Positions 38,401 to 48,024 of a DNA stretch of 64,000 nt are shown here, piece by piece. The translations under genes and the position numbers were made by a program. Positions within the stretch are counted from its first letter, which is position 1, and the number at the start of each line of letters is the position of its first letter. The DNA is from Planctomycetota bacterium. GTDB taxonomy: Bacteria > Planctomycetota > UBA1135 > UBA2386. The notes beneath the pieces were generated by a model that saw nothing but the letters and a program-made list of their open reading frames with translations, did no database searches and had not been told where the DNA came from. Where the stretch lies: contig OZ245838.1 in assembly GCA_965228735.1 (NCBI GenBank), positions 2,656,001-2,720,000 on the forward strand. The letters run 5' to 3'.

Positions 38401-39467
38401 GGCACGAGGCTGTCGCGCTTGTTCAGCCGGACGATCCGGTTGGCGGTGTCGATGCTGACGATGCCCATCGGCAGGCTGCCGACGATCATCGGGGTCTCCG
38501 ACTCGGCGAGCTTGCCCGCCGCGCCGTCGTTGAGGTTGCCCGACCGGAAGTCGCGGATCACCGACTGACGCCCCGCACTGTCGACGCCGTTCAGATTGAC
38601 GTTGCCGTCCTCGCCGACGAAGAACGTCGAGACGACCGAGCCGCGGGCCGGAATCGCGAGGCGAATGTTCGCCGTCGCATTGTCCACCGACTCCGGCAGG
38701 CCGGAGGTCGTGAAACCGCTCTGCCCCTCACCCCCGAGAATGGTCGTGTCGATGACGATCCGGTCGCCCTGCGGGATCACGCGCGCCGGCAGGATGCGGA
38801 ACGCATCGACCGGCTGTACCACGTTCGGGTCACCCTTGAACTCGAGCAGCTGGATCGCCGACGGGTTGAACTGGAAGAACTCCTCCGTGACGTTCACCGC
38901 GCCGCTGAACTGCAGCCGCAGCGCCGCGTTGCGCGGCACGACCGGCACCGGCCGCAGCTGCGTGTTCTGACCGCGGAACGCCGGCGCGAGCTCCGTGAGC
39001 CCGGTCTGACACTCTTCGAACGCCGCGTCGAAGCGCGCCTGCTCGGCGCTGCCGTCGCGGTTGTCCCACAGAATCACGAGCTCTTCGTGGCCGACGGTCT
39101 TGTCGAACGGGCGCAGCTCGAAGGTCGCCGTCGGCACCTCTTCGCCGGCCGCGTCGAACAGGCTGTCCGACCGGATGTTCGGGTTGATGACGACGTTCTC
39201 GGCCACGAGCGCGAGCTGGCGGTTGAGCCGGACGCGCCGATCCGCGATCGACGGGTCGATGCGCTGGTAGGCGTAGATGTCGACGAGGCGTCCGAGCTGG
39301 ACGCCTTGCAGCTGTGCGCGCTGGGCATCGGGCCCGACGGTCGCAACCGACGAACCCTGGTTGCAACCAGGAACGATCATCAGCAGCGCCAGGACCAGAA
39401 GTGCCAGTGGCGCGAGGGCCACACTCCGGAAGAGGCTCGAGTGTTGAGCTTGCATGCGGGTTTTCAT
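35436..39467 (-). CDS. Very large lipoprotein (about 1340 aa), paralog of 43600..47505
   Basis: Start MKTRMQ with GGAG SD; lipobox IVPG-C; shares GRLVD.Y, VPRNAALRL, GLPES, IRDFRSGN, LRLQP, YW.PF and DPP...PAGTS with 43600..47505. Confidence 0.85.
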   Translation of the reverse strand: MKTRMQAQHSSLFRSVALAPLALLVLALLMIVPGCNQGSSVATVGPDAQRAQLQGVQLGRLVDIYAYQRIDPSIADRRVRLNRQLALVAENVVINPNIRSDSLFDAAGEEVPTATFELRPFDKTVGHEELVILWDNRDGSAEQARFDAAFEECQTGLTELAPAFRGQNTQLRPVPVVPRNAALRLQFSGAVNVTEEFFQFNPSAIQLLEFKGDPNVVQPVDAFRILPARVIPQGDRIVIDTTILGGEGQSGFTTSGLPESVDNATANIRLAIPARGSVVSTFFVGEDGNVNLNGVDSAGRQSVIRDFRSGNLNDGAAGKLAESETPMIVGSLPMGIVSIDTANRIVRLNKRDSLVPVRGRYPFVDGPLAANDVPVGPVNVPTVRALRAGDILTQERLVQLSTGALETVTVQAEILENLAIGSRVGGALPIGLSANGDQGETLPQIDVRVSTLAGGRDSEGTLHSFLAPEDPLGAPEGRDCILRARYYEDVPFSTGSQAVSDSQWREQFLRIEPQPPAAGQPGAGKLVPQSSVAIEFTKPLDLDQIDNTENLVLTNTSILDETFAEQMTDPKRATARVVPSRLADLGGDGTVLRLQPQLGFFHEENTSETYGFHVKLGQEGVLDLGGNPVEVFGDPINPLASWSVDLQIYEAMPDNLVGWHTYLFRDSDEDGSLPGSVDLFGQFRLQDGRLIGAAGVRFSRTADSQNLGTISRVTRGECWDPDFDWETEGTGPTSPQGGIGLAPVDQMMNVHTGLLYWNPRMFDSIAPPIVPTVYEFYQTVPQSVGRVIEPLNTRGSRMQMRYLEDDFSLDYHQATDMGIDVDQLYWSPFNDETVFFDVFDRMSMSLSHSDKRPDEVWRLNAGVPGDPTAMPPVPPTLPTCDYLCTSNSSALSTVFADNVLEGTAQVPVFADKVYTINPNNAFRSAFNVTYVPFPRFDRSYTWRDSRLVTIDASGQVIGLGGAQTPGAEDPNDDWTAHISSPWISDAFPANGEVAGPSEWVMDPGDFKGNHRHDHDPIALPLLVDYKVFADSAANGLAIASNSFQLALLGPPSYGFAPWGGYYDGVPAGCGTRPAWPSVRVHASGGVPLTGNSEIIVDPANTLDAAGPYNVLKDAGYGNLERALFQAPPRDGMLNWAQADFVRKVSTMTFGFIDTLQPQRAEFVNDPSGTPTIEFSDGFPNLAGIGTNLRVTNLVTQLDPPAGRQPAGTSVVLELRGVEAIGDPSADPGLYNPTFDGAGQTPDDTFDGRGNLLNPNYACEAFRYSQANYAEGHLTGGGDQPRVGTTGLTRYVTEGQLGQIRNPATGLLPRYLNARLTMTNNVDVTPALSPSLRSMAIVYRVVPQ

Positions 39468-39761
39468 GTCAGGGATCTCCCCGTTCTTGCGCCAGGCACG
39501 TCCATCCGCGATTTGCTGATTGGAACTCACGAGGCCTGGAGCAGCGAACGAGTCAGGGCTTCGAGGGAGAGCGGTAGGTGGGTTCATCGGTGCCGGCGAC
39601 GACCGAGAGCGAGCGCAGGTCCGAAACGACGATGGCACGGCTGGTCGGCAGCGCTGCGGTCGGAGTCGGATGCGGCAGGCTCATGATGGGATCGATCACC
39701 GGCGGTAAGGGGTAGGGGCAACCAGGCCGCCCGAACAACCAGGCAGCCCGAAACAGGATGT

Positions 39762-42700
39762 CTAGAACCGGAACGGCAACCGCAGGAACTGCAGGGCCGG
39801 ACGCGGGGTGTCCGGGCTCAGGAACGGCGGGTTGTCGGTCGGCACGCTGCGGTAGCGTTGGTCGAACAGGATGTCCAGCTGGACGAACGTCGCCCCGAGC
39901 TGGCGAATGTCCTCGATGACCTGCGGGTCCTCGAGGTCGTAGATGTATTCGTTGGCCGCGGCGGGGTAACGAACCGCGGAGGTCTCGTCGGCCGGGTTCT
40001 GGTGGAACGCGAAGCCGATGCGGACGTTGGAGACCGGCACGCGCGAGTTCGGCTGGCTGCCGGGGTAGGTCGCGCCGAGGCCTTCGACGCCGTTCGTGAC
40101 GAACTCGAAGAACTTCGCCCGTAGCTGGACCTTGGTCGCCTCGAGCGGCAGCGGACCGGAGTCGGTCGCGAGCCGCAGGCGGCTGTCGCTGTGCGCGAGG
40201 ATCCGGAACGAGCCGGCCACGAAGCCGGTATCGTCGATGAGTTCGGCCTCGTACTGGCTGTAGAGGTTGGCGACGCTGCCGAACGCGCCCGGCGCGGCTT
40301 CGACCGCGTAGGCGGGCTGGCCGCGGTAGGTGTCCGCGTCATCGAGGGCGATGATGTCGACCTGCCCGCCGATCGCCGGGTAGACGACCTTGGCGATGTC
40401 GCCGACGAGCTCGAAGCTGGCGTAGCCGTCCGCGGGGTTGGTGCCCGCGAACTCGTAGCGCGGCCCCTCGAGGCCGGCGTTGGTCGGATCGAGCACGCCG
40501 CGCGGCCGGTTGTCGACCGACATCAGCGGCCGGCGCGCGCTGCGGCCCGTGTCGAGCCACTTCGTGCGGATGCGCGACTGCTCGGCGAACGGCGTCGGCA
40601 TCAGCACCGGCTGCGGCCGGATATCGCCCGCCACCGTCGGGGTCGGGTTGTTGAAGTCGTCGACGAGCTGCCCGATCTCGTTCGGGAAGCCGCGCCAGCC
40701 GAGCGCGTCGATCTTGGCCGAGCCGGTCAGCGGCAGACCGAACTCGAGGATGTCGACCTTGTCGTCGAGGATGGTGTTGCTGCCGTCCTCGTTGGACATC
40801 GGCTCGCCAGCGGGTGGGCCGGGCGGCGCCATCAGCTGCACGATGCCCATGCCGCCGAAGCCGCCGAGCGGCGCGTCGTCGTAGTTCCGCTGGAACTGGA
40901 ACTGCGGCGGCGAGCCCTGGATCGGCGTGCCGTTGCCCGGGTACTTGTTCTGGACGATCGGCGAGCCGAACAGGTTCGTCTCGCAGACGCCGCCGTCCGC
41001 GGAGATCGCGAACTGGTAGTCGTTCTGGGCGAAGTTGCCGCCGCGGGTCGAGATCTTGATGCCCGTCGCCGACATCAGGACGACCATGCCGCCCGCGCCG
41101 CCGCCGCCGCCGCCGCCCGCGCTGGACGAGCCGTTGACCTCGCCTGCACCGCCGGCGCCACCATCCGCGGAGATGCGGCCGGTCTCGCTGATGACGATGT
41201 CGTCGAGCGCCTTGATGACCAGGACGCCACCACCGCCACCACCGGCGCCGCCGGTGCTGTCGTTGGAGAAGTTCGGATCCTCGGTCGTGCAGGAGTTGTT
41301 GTACGACAGGTCGCCGCCGCCGCCGCCACCGCCGCCGCCCAACGGGACGGACAGTTCGCCGGCGATGCGCAGGCCGCGTCGGATGTCGAGGCCGGCACCC
41401 CAGAAGTTGTTGTCGCTGCGCGAATCGGTGAAGACCGCCGCCCCGGATGCGCCGCCGTCGAGCTGACGCGCGTTCGAACCGCCGTCACCGTTGCAGCCGC
41501 GGCCGCCCGTGCCGTTCACCTGCGGGAAGATCGGCAGCGGGTTCTGGTTGGGGTTCGGGATCGAGCCGGCCGGCACGGTCTGCGCCGGGAACGCCGGGTC
41601 GCCCTGCGTCGCGAGCGCGCCGCCACCACCACCGGAGCCGCGACCACAACCCGCGAGGCACGCGAGGGTGCCGCCCGTGCCGCCGCCCAGCGGCTGCTCG
41701 AGCGGGCCGTTGCCGGTGCCGCCGAAGTTGTCACGCTCCGTCCTGCTCGGCGAGCCGGCCCCGCCGGTGCCGCCGCCGCAGGCGCCGAAGCCGCCCTGCT
41801 TGGGGAAGTTCGCGGTGCCGATCTGCGTGCCCTTGACGCCATCGCCACCTTCGACGAGCAGGTTGCCGTCGATCTGGACCTTGCCGCTGACGAGCAGGAC
41901 GAGCGGCTTGGTGCCGCGGCCGGAGACCGTGACGCCCGTCGGCACGCGGAAGCGGCGGAAGTTGAAGATGCCGCCCGAGACGTTGAACGGCGTGCCCGTC
42001 GTCGGGATGACCGTCGTGAAGTCCGTATTGAGCACCGCGTTGCTCAGCGGCTCGTACTCGACCTGCGTCGGGCTGCCTTCGAACGCGAAGCCGGCGCGCA
42101 CGAAGCCCGGGCCGACCTCGCCCACCGGCTCGCCGAACGCGGCCGTGAAGTCGACCTGGCTGCCGTCCTCGAAGTCGGCGATCAGCGCATCGAACTGCTG
42201 CTGGTAGGCCGCCTGCGTCGCGAACGTGCCGAAGAAGCGGTTGTAGGCCGCGTTCGAGACGTTGGACTCGCCCGAGATGTCCGCGACGCTGCTCTCGACG
42301 ACGACGCGAATGGTCGCGTTGTTCGGCAGCACGCCGACGGGCCGCAGCAGCACGGTGGAGCTGGCGAGCTCGTTCGCCTCGAGCTCGACCTCGGTCGGGA
42401 TCCACTGGTTGGGCCCGAACTCGGGATCGTCGTACTCGAGAAAGATGTTGCCGCGGTTGGTCGTGCTGCGGGTCAGCGGGTTGGGATCGAACGCGACCGG
42501 GATGTTCGTGCTGGCCGGGTTGATCGGCTGATCGAACGTCAGGCGGACCTCGACCGGCGGCGCCCCGAAGCGGTTGAGGATCACGCTGCCGTCCTCGGCG
42601 CGCGGCGTCACGGTCAGACCCGTGCGGCGGGGGCCGCCCGGCAACGTGTTGCGGAACAGCTGCGACGGCGAGGTCCCCTCGGCCGTGGTGAACGTGAAGC

Positions 42701-43205
42701 TGATCGGCTGCAGCAGCGCCTTGCCACCCACATCGCGCAGCACCGTGCCGTTGACGCGGTTGCCGCCGACGAGCTGGACGATGTAGCGCCGACCGGGCTT
42801 GAAGCCGCCGTTGTCGAAGGTGTTGTTGGTCGGGAACCGCGGCACGAACTCGAGGCGCCGACCGGCCGTGTCGTCACCGGGCGAGGTGCCGATGCGGAAC
42901 GTGCCCGCGACGTTCTCCTGCAGCGCGTTGCCGAGCTGATCGAAGACCTGGAACGAGAACGTCGTGAGGTTGACGCTCGACAAATCGACCTGGTTGCTGA
43001 AGTCGATCCGGATCGGATCGTTCAGGAACAGCTGACCGTTCGTCTCGGGCTGCGTGCCGAGCACGACGAAGTCGCCGCCGGTCTTGATGCCAGCGGTGTC
43101 CGAGCCGCTGCTGGAACAACCGGCAGCGAGCAGGCCGAGGCCGGTGAGTGCGGCCAGCGCCAGGGACGAAGGAAGCGAGCGGATCAGTCGATTCATGACG
43201 TTCAC
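39762..43205 (-). CDS. Large lipoprotein with Ig-like and polyglycine-rich domains
   Basis: Lipobox LLAAG-C; FSNQVDLSSV, FDQPINP, VADISG; GGGGGGGGG...ISADGG...GGGAGG repeats. Start 43196 or 43205. Confidence 0.87.
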   Translation of the reverse strand: MNVMNRLIRSLPSSLALAALTGLGLLAAGCSSSGSDTAGIKTGGDFVVLGTQPETNGQLFLNDPIRIDFSNQVDLSSVNLTTFSFQVFDQLGNALQENVAGTFRIGTSPGDDTAGRRLEFVPRFPTNNTFDNGGFKPGRRYIVQLVGGNRVNGTVLRDVGGKALLQPISFTFTTAEGTSPSQLFRNTLPGGPRRTGLTVTPRAEDGSVILNRFGAPPVEVRLTFDQPINPASTNIPVAFDPNPLTRSTTNRGNIFLEYDDPEFGPNQWIPTEVELEANELASSTVLLRPVGVLPNNATIRVVVESSVADISGESNVSNAAYNRFFGTFATQAAYQQQFDALIADFEDGSQVDFTAAFGEPVGEVGPGFVRAGFAFEGSPTQVEYEPLSNAVLNTDFTTVIPTTGTPFNVSGGIFNFRRFRVPTGVTVSGRGTKPLVLLVSGKVQIDGNLLVEGGDGVKGTQIGTANFPKQGGFGACGGGTGGAGSPSRTERDNFGGTGNGPLEQPLGGGTGGTLACLAGCGRGSGGGGGALATQGDPAFPAQTVPAGSIPNPNQNPLPIFPQVNGTGGRGCNGDGGSNARQLDGGASGAAVFTDSRSDNNFWGAGLDIRRGLRIAGELSVPLGGGGGGGGGDLSYNNSCTTEDPNFSNDSTGGAGGGGGGVLVIKALDDIVISETGRISADGGAGGAGEVNGSSSAGGGGGGGAGGMVVLMSATGIKISTRGGNFAQNDYQFAISADGGVCETNLFGSPIVQNKYPGNGTPIQGSPPQFQFQRNYDDAPLGGFGGMGIVQLMAPPGPPAGEPMSNEDGSNTILDDKVDILEFGLPLTGSAKIDALGWRGFPNEIGQLVDDFNNPTPTVAGDIRPQPVLMPTPFAEQSRIRTKWLDTGRSARRPLMSVDNRPRGVLDPTNAGLEGPRYEFAGTNPADGYASFELVGDIAKVVYPAIGGQVDIIALDDADTYRGQPAYAVEAAPGAFGSVANLYSQYEAELIDDTGFVAGSFRILAHSDSRLRLATDSGPLPLEATKVQLRAKFFEFVTNGVEGLGATYPGSQPNSRVPVSNVRIGFAFHQNPADETSAVRYPAAANEYIYDLEDPQVIEDIRQLGATFVQLDILFDQRYRSVPTDNPPFLSPDTPRPALQFLRLPFRF

Positions 43206-43599
43206 GAGCAGTGCACGGAAGCCGGGGTCTGCGGTGGTCCGGTCTGGAGCACGACGGCAGGCGGGGTCACGTCCGCCGGGGTCGTCGCGCCGGCCCGGAC
43301 CTCCCCCGGGAGGGGGAGTCGTGGGAGAGGCTTCGCGGGAGAGGTTGTCTCGGAAAGTGTACCCCGACGAGGAGCCCGAAGCGCCGCACCGAGTCGCACG
43401 GACCGCACCTCTGAGGGGCGCGGGTCACGGCATCGGCTTGCTGTCTTCGTTGTCACCGGGGGGTCAGGGAGAGGGGAAGAGATCGGGAGTGGGACGAACC
43501 GCGGCGGGCCGGCCAGCCGGGGCCGCAGTTGCCGGGCCCGAGCGGGCCCGGCGCGTTCTCAACAGGTTTGCTGAGATCGGGTTTGCTGAGATCGGGAAC

Positions 43600-46500
43600 T
43601 CACTGGGATTGGAAGCGCCACGTCAGCGCGAACGTCTCGATGACCGGCGCGACCGGCGGGCTCGCGTCGACGTTGTTGCTCGTCACGAAGCGCCAGTTCA
43701 CGTAGCGCACGTCGCGCGGCGTGAACGCTTCGTTCGGACCGGCGAACTGCAGCGTGTAGGTCGGGTCGACGAGCGTGTTCGGGTCCTCGACGTAGGTCGT
43801 GACGTTCTTGTTGTAGAAGTAGGTCCACCAGTCGCGGTTGCCGCGCTTGTCCCACTTGCGGATGTGGGCGTCGCCCGCGATGAACGGGTCGAGCGGGAAG
43901 CTGTCGGCGTCCGGCCTCATCTGCGCCTTCACGTCCCCGGTGAACGGGTTGGCCGGGTAGATCGACGTGTTGCCGTCGACCCAACCATCCCAGTACCACG
44001 GGCTCGGATCGACCACGCCCGCGCCGCGGAACTGCGGCACCAGCGACGTGCCGGCCGGCAGGTCGCTGAGCGGCGGATCGAACTCGAACGCGAAGGTCGG
44101 AACGATGTTCGCCGGCCGCGTGCTCGCGCCGTTGGCCAGGTAGAACGGGCCGAGCCGCGGATCGACGTAGCCCTCGGGCACGCGGTGCGGGTTGTTGAGG
44201 TCCACGAAGCCGTTCGTGATCACGCTCTGCCGCTTCAGCATGTCGATCATGATCCAGTAGAACGTGTTGTCGCGGGCCGCCGTCGTGCCGCCCGTCGGGG
44301 TGTAGCCACCCTGGGCGGTGTTCCAGCGGGTCTCACCCGGACCGACGCAGATCGGCCCCTGGCCGGACTGCAGCGCCGCGCGGCCGGAGGACAGCGCACG
44401 GAAGTACGGCGTCGGGCTCGACTGCACGGTCAGCGCGACCTGCCAGCCGTTGGTGCCGAGCGCGACGTAGCCGTTGCCGGCCGGCAGTTCGGACGAATCG
44501 CAGTAGGTCCAGAAGTCGGCGAGCAGCGGCAGCGCCACGGCGCCGGTCAGACCGCCCGTGAAGTTGTCGGTCTGCGTCGACGTCAGCTGGACGTTCGTCA
44601 GATCGTTCCAGAACGTGTTGGCGAACACCGTCGTCTCGACGCCCGGGTTGGCCGGATCCTCGCCGACCAGCCAGCGGCGGCCGATGCCGTTGTTGTAGGG
44701 CGACGCGATGTAGGGCGTGACGGACGAGCTCTGGCCCGTGTCGCGACCTTCGTCGCAGTCGAGACCCTGCTCCACCACCGTCTCGTCGCGGAAGACGAAG
44801 TACGGCTTCTGGAAGTCGGGCAGCGGCAGGAAGCGGTTGACGTTGTTGACCTCGTAGATCACGTCGGCCGGATCGATGACGAGCTGCGCGTCGACGTACG
44901 CCGGGTGCGGCGTCGGCTGGCTCTCGATGATCTGGCCCGTGCCGGACGGATCGGGGTTCCAGAGGAAGTTCTTCTGGAAGTTCGACTCGAGGCCCGAGTC
45001 CGGCAGCGACGGCAGCGAACTGAAGTCACCGACGCACGGCGCCGGGCGGTATTCACTGTGGCCGAGGAACAGGCTCACGCGGTCGAACTCGTCGTACTCG
45101 AGCACGGTGCCCGTGAACGGCGCCCAATACATCTGCTCGACGTCGAGGTTGAAGTCGAACGGGTCGGTGCGCGACAGGCTGAGGTCGACCTCGCGCCAGA
45201 GCGTCTGCAGGCGGCAGCCGTAGGGGTTCAGCGGGTTCTGGATGCCCTGCTGGAACACCGTGGTCGAGGAGTTGGCCGCGACCTGGGCTTCGTTGCTGAC
45301 CGTCTCCGGGCACCAGCGCAGGATCGAGCTCTGCGGCGCGACCGGCGCCTGGTTGAGGTTGTCCGCGACCTGGCGCGAGCGCGAGGTCGGGCGCGCCTGC
45401 AGGCGACCGTCGACGTAGATGAAGCCGCCGAACATGTCCTGCAGCGGGTAGGCGAGCGCGAAGCCACCGTTGCCCGGCTCGGGCACTTCCGCCGGCATGA
45501 AGTAGGACGGCTGCGCGTCCTCGTCGGCGCTCGCGAAGCGGCGGACGACGGAGACCGCGAGGTTGTCCTCGAAGAACGGCGTCGAGCCGTTGACGCGGGT
45601 GTCGACCGTGAACGGGATCACGACGTCGCCGCTGTTGAGCGCGGTCGCGCCCTGCAGGTCGAGCGCGTTGCCCGCGAGGTCCTGGATGCCGCCTTCAGTG
45701 GACGACGCGATCAGGTGCAGGAAGTAGCGGTAGTCCGCGCCGGCCGGCGCGTTCCGCATCGTGTTGTCGAGGTAGAACCCGGTCGACGGCTGCAGGCGCA
45801 GCGCGGTGCCGGAGTTGTCCTCGTCGAACACGCGCGCACCGACCAGGTAGGGCGTGCGGTACTTGGCCTCGTTGAACACGCTCGGCTCCATGCCGGCCGT
45901 GCCTTCGCGGTTCGGCAGCGTGTCGATGAAGTCCTGGATGCTCTCGTCGCTCGTGAGGTCACGCATCGCGAAGAAGAACGTGTCGGCCCACTTCACCGTC
46001 TCCATCGCGACGGGCTTGGTGAAGCGCACGACCGCGCCGGCGAACGGCGAGACGTTCTCGTTCGGCGCGCTCGGCGTGCCGTTGAGGTTGGGCAGCGGCT
46101 CCGGCGTGAACGACAGGAAGTTGCGCGGGTCGTCGCCGCTCCCCATGGGAGGAGCCCCGTCCCCGGCCCGGAACTCGGCGACGCAGACGGCGCGCGGCGC
46201 GTTCAGCACGAGCCACTGCTCGCGCTCCTGCGGGTTGGTCGGGAAGCCCGGCTGATTGCGCGGGTCGAGGCTCGACAGGTCGGGGATGTTGCGGATGCGC
46301 ACGCGCACGTGCTGCACCCCGGGCGCGCCCTGGTCGTCGATCGGGTCGACGACGACCTCGGACGTGCCGAACGGCACACCGGTGCTGTCGGGAATGATGC
46401 GGAACACGTCACCGCGATCGATCTCGTGCGCGACGCCGTTCTTGAAGACCGTGATCTCCTGCGTGAACGCATTGATGCGCTCGACGCGCTCGAGATACAT

Positions 46501-47505
46501 GACGATCTCGCCGATCACGCGCAGCGGCAGCGGATCGCGCACGAAGCCGTTCGACAGATCGGACGACTCGTCGTTGCGGTTGCCGGACCGGAAGTCGCGG
46601 ATGATCGAGTTGCGGCCGCTGTTGTTGAGGCCGGTGAGGCCGAGGCGCGGACGCAGGCTCGGGATCGCGAGCGGGCCCTCGAGGGCCAGCGCGACCCGGA
46701 TGTTGGCGCCGACCTGGTCGGGCGACTCGGGCAGGCCGGCCGCGTTGTTCTGGGTCTGGTACTGCAGGCCTTCGCTCCCCAGCAGAACCGGATCGAGGAT
46801 CAGTTGGCGACCGCGCGGCACGACGCGCGTCGCGAGCGGCCGCGTGCCGCCGGGCTGCTCCGGATCGCCCGCGATCGCGAGCAGCTGCACGGCTTCGGTG
46901 TTGCGCAGGCCCGTGATCTGGCCCTGCGCGTTGCGATCGACGAAGAAGCTCTCGTCGACCCCGAGCTCCGCGGAGAACGTCAGGCGCAGCGCCGCGTTGC
47001 GCGGCACCACCGAGAACGGCAGGCCCGGCCCGTTGGTCGCGTAGCGCATCGGCGCGACCTCGCGCAGTTCGACGTCGAGGTCGTCGAAGGCCGCGGCAAA
47101 CTCCTCGCTGGCCATGTTGCGGGGGATGAACAGGCGCGGCTGCAGCGTGTCGGGATCGGCGCCGATGAAGTCGTAGAGCACTTCGTCGTCGCGCTTGATC
47201 TCGTTCGTGCCGCGCTCGTCCCGGATGTCGGAGCCGATCAGCACGTCGCGCCGGAAGAGCTCCGGCGTGCTGCCTTCGGCCGTGACGCGCAGACCGTAGA
47301 CGTCGACGAGACGACCGAACTCGATCCGCAGCAGCTCGGGCTGCACGGTCGTCGGGGTCACCCCGCCGGTAGCATCATTGCTGCCACTGCACGCTGCGAA
47401 GAACGCGACGCCGGTCAGCGCTGCAACTCGCAGTGCTGCCGCTGACGCGGAACCCGTCGACCGGGCGGTCATGCGAGGGGAACGACCTGAGGAAAAGTCT
47501 GCCAT
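43600..47505 (-). CDS. Very large lipoprotein (1301 aa), first gene of the four-gene lipoprotein cluster
   Basis: Lipobox FFAA-C; IQDLAGN Ig-like motif; colinear motifs with 35436..39467. Confidence 0.87.
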   Translation of the reverse strand: MADFSSGRSPRMTARSTGSASAAALRVAALTGVAFFAACSGSNDATGGVTPTTVQPELLRIEFGRLVDVYGLRVTAEGSTPELFRRDVLIGSDIRDERGTNEIKRDDEVLYDFIGADPDTLQPRLFIPRNMASEEFAAAFDDLDVELREVAPMRYATNGPGLPFSVVPRNAALRLTFSAELGVDESFFVDRNAQGQITGLRNTEAVQLLAIAGDPEQPGGTRPLATRVVPRGRQLILDPVLLGSEGLQYQTQNNAAGLPESPDQVGANIRVALALEGPLAIPSLRPRLGLTGLNNSGRNSIIRDFRSGNRNDESSDLSNGFVRDPLPLRVIGEIVMYLERVERINAFTQEITVFKNGVAHEIDRGDVFRIIPDSTGVPFGTSEVVVDPIDDQGAPGVQHVRVRIRNIPDLSSLDPRNQPGFPTNPQEREQWLVLNAPRAVCVAEFRAGDGAPPMGSGDDPRNFLSFTPEPLPNLNGTPSAPNENVSPFAGAVVRFTKPVAMETVKWADTFFFAMRDLTSDESIQDFIDTLPNREGTAGMEPSVFNEAKYRTPYLVGARVFDEDNSGTALRLQPSTGFYLDNTMRNAPAGADYRYFLHLIASSTEGGIQDLAGNALDLQGATALNSGDVVIPFTVDTRVNGSTPFFEDNLAVSVVRRFASADEDAQPSYFMPAEVPEPGNGGFALAYPLQDMFGGFIYVDGRLQARPTSRSRQVADNLNQAPVAPQSSILRWCPETVSNEAQVAANSSTTVFQQGIQNPLNPYGCRLQTLWREVDLSLSRTDPFDFNLDVEQMYWAPFTGTVLEYDEFDRVSLFLGHSEYRPAPCVGDFSSLPSLPDSGLESNFQKNFLWNPDPSGTGQIIESQPTPHPAYVDAQLVIDPADVIYEVNNVNRFLPLPDFQKPYFVFRDETVVEQGLDCDEGRDTGQSSSVTPYIASPYNNGIGRRWLVGEDPANPGVETTVFANTFWNDLTNVQLTSTQTDNFTGGLTGAVALPLLADFWTYCDSSELPAGNGYVALGTNGWQVALTVQSSPTPYFRALSSGRAALQSGQGPICVGPGETRWNTAQGGYTPTGGTTAARDNTFYWIMIDMLKRQSVITNGFVDLNNPHRVPEGYVDPRLGPFYLANGASTRPANIVPTFAFEFDPPLSDLPAGTSLVPQFRGAGVVDPSPWYWDGWVDGNTSIYPANPFTGDVKAQMRPDADSFPLDPFIAGDAHIRKWDKRGNRDWWTYFYNKNVTTYVEDPNTLVDPTYTLQFAGPNEAFTPRDVRYVNWRFVTSNNVDASPPVAPVIETFALTWRFQSQ

Positions 47506-47814
47506 GTTTCAGTTGGACGTGGAGACGACGCTCGCGAGGAGCGATGCGGGAGTGCCGAACGCGACACCGGAGGTGCCGGAACGGCGCCGCACGAGCGACG
47601 TCTTGACGGACGCAAGAATCGGCCGGATCGCAGCTTGCCGTGCAGACCGGGCGCGAGCGCAACGGGAGAGCACGGGATACCAGACCAGAGCCATGGGGAT
47701 GTTACAACGACTGGGACGGAATGCCGGAGCCGAGGTCACGGGAAGCTCCGAACCGGAATCGTCCGGCAGAGGGGTATCAAACATCATGCCGCCCGACGAC
47801 CCCTTGGCAAGAAC

Positions 47815-47846
47815 CCCTAAGCCGCTTTTTTGCACCAGCTTAGGGG
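47815..47846. promoter_or_regulatory. Inverted repeat CCCCTAAGC-N15-GCTTAGGGG upstream of the lipoprotein cluster
   Basis: Dyad with AT-rich spacer in a 520-bp intergenic region; possible protein-binding site; function not established. Confidence 0.3.
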
Positions 47847-48024
47847 GTGCCACCCGGGCACCGAAACGGCCGCCCGAGGGGCGTTTCGCGCTGTTTGCCG
47901 TGCGATTCCGCGCGATTCCGCTCGCCACGGTCGACCGCGGATCGCGCGAGTGTGCGACTTCGGGACAACCCGCACCCCCCGCCCCCGGCCGTCGGTCACC
48001 CCGCACCGATTTCGGCGCGATCGG

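Noticed and set aside
34416..47445. Very long plus-strand ORFs (1756, 1127 and 1463 aa)
   Set aside because: Antisense shadows of the real minus-strand genes, caused by high GC3 codon bias; Arg/Val-rich translations with no motifs.
47837..47852. Possible sigma-54 promoter (TGGCAC-N-AAGC on the minus strand)
   Set aside because: GG-N10-GC spacing fits but the -12 element lacks TTGC; too weak in GC-rich DNA.
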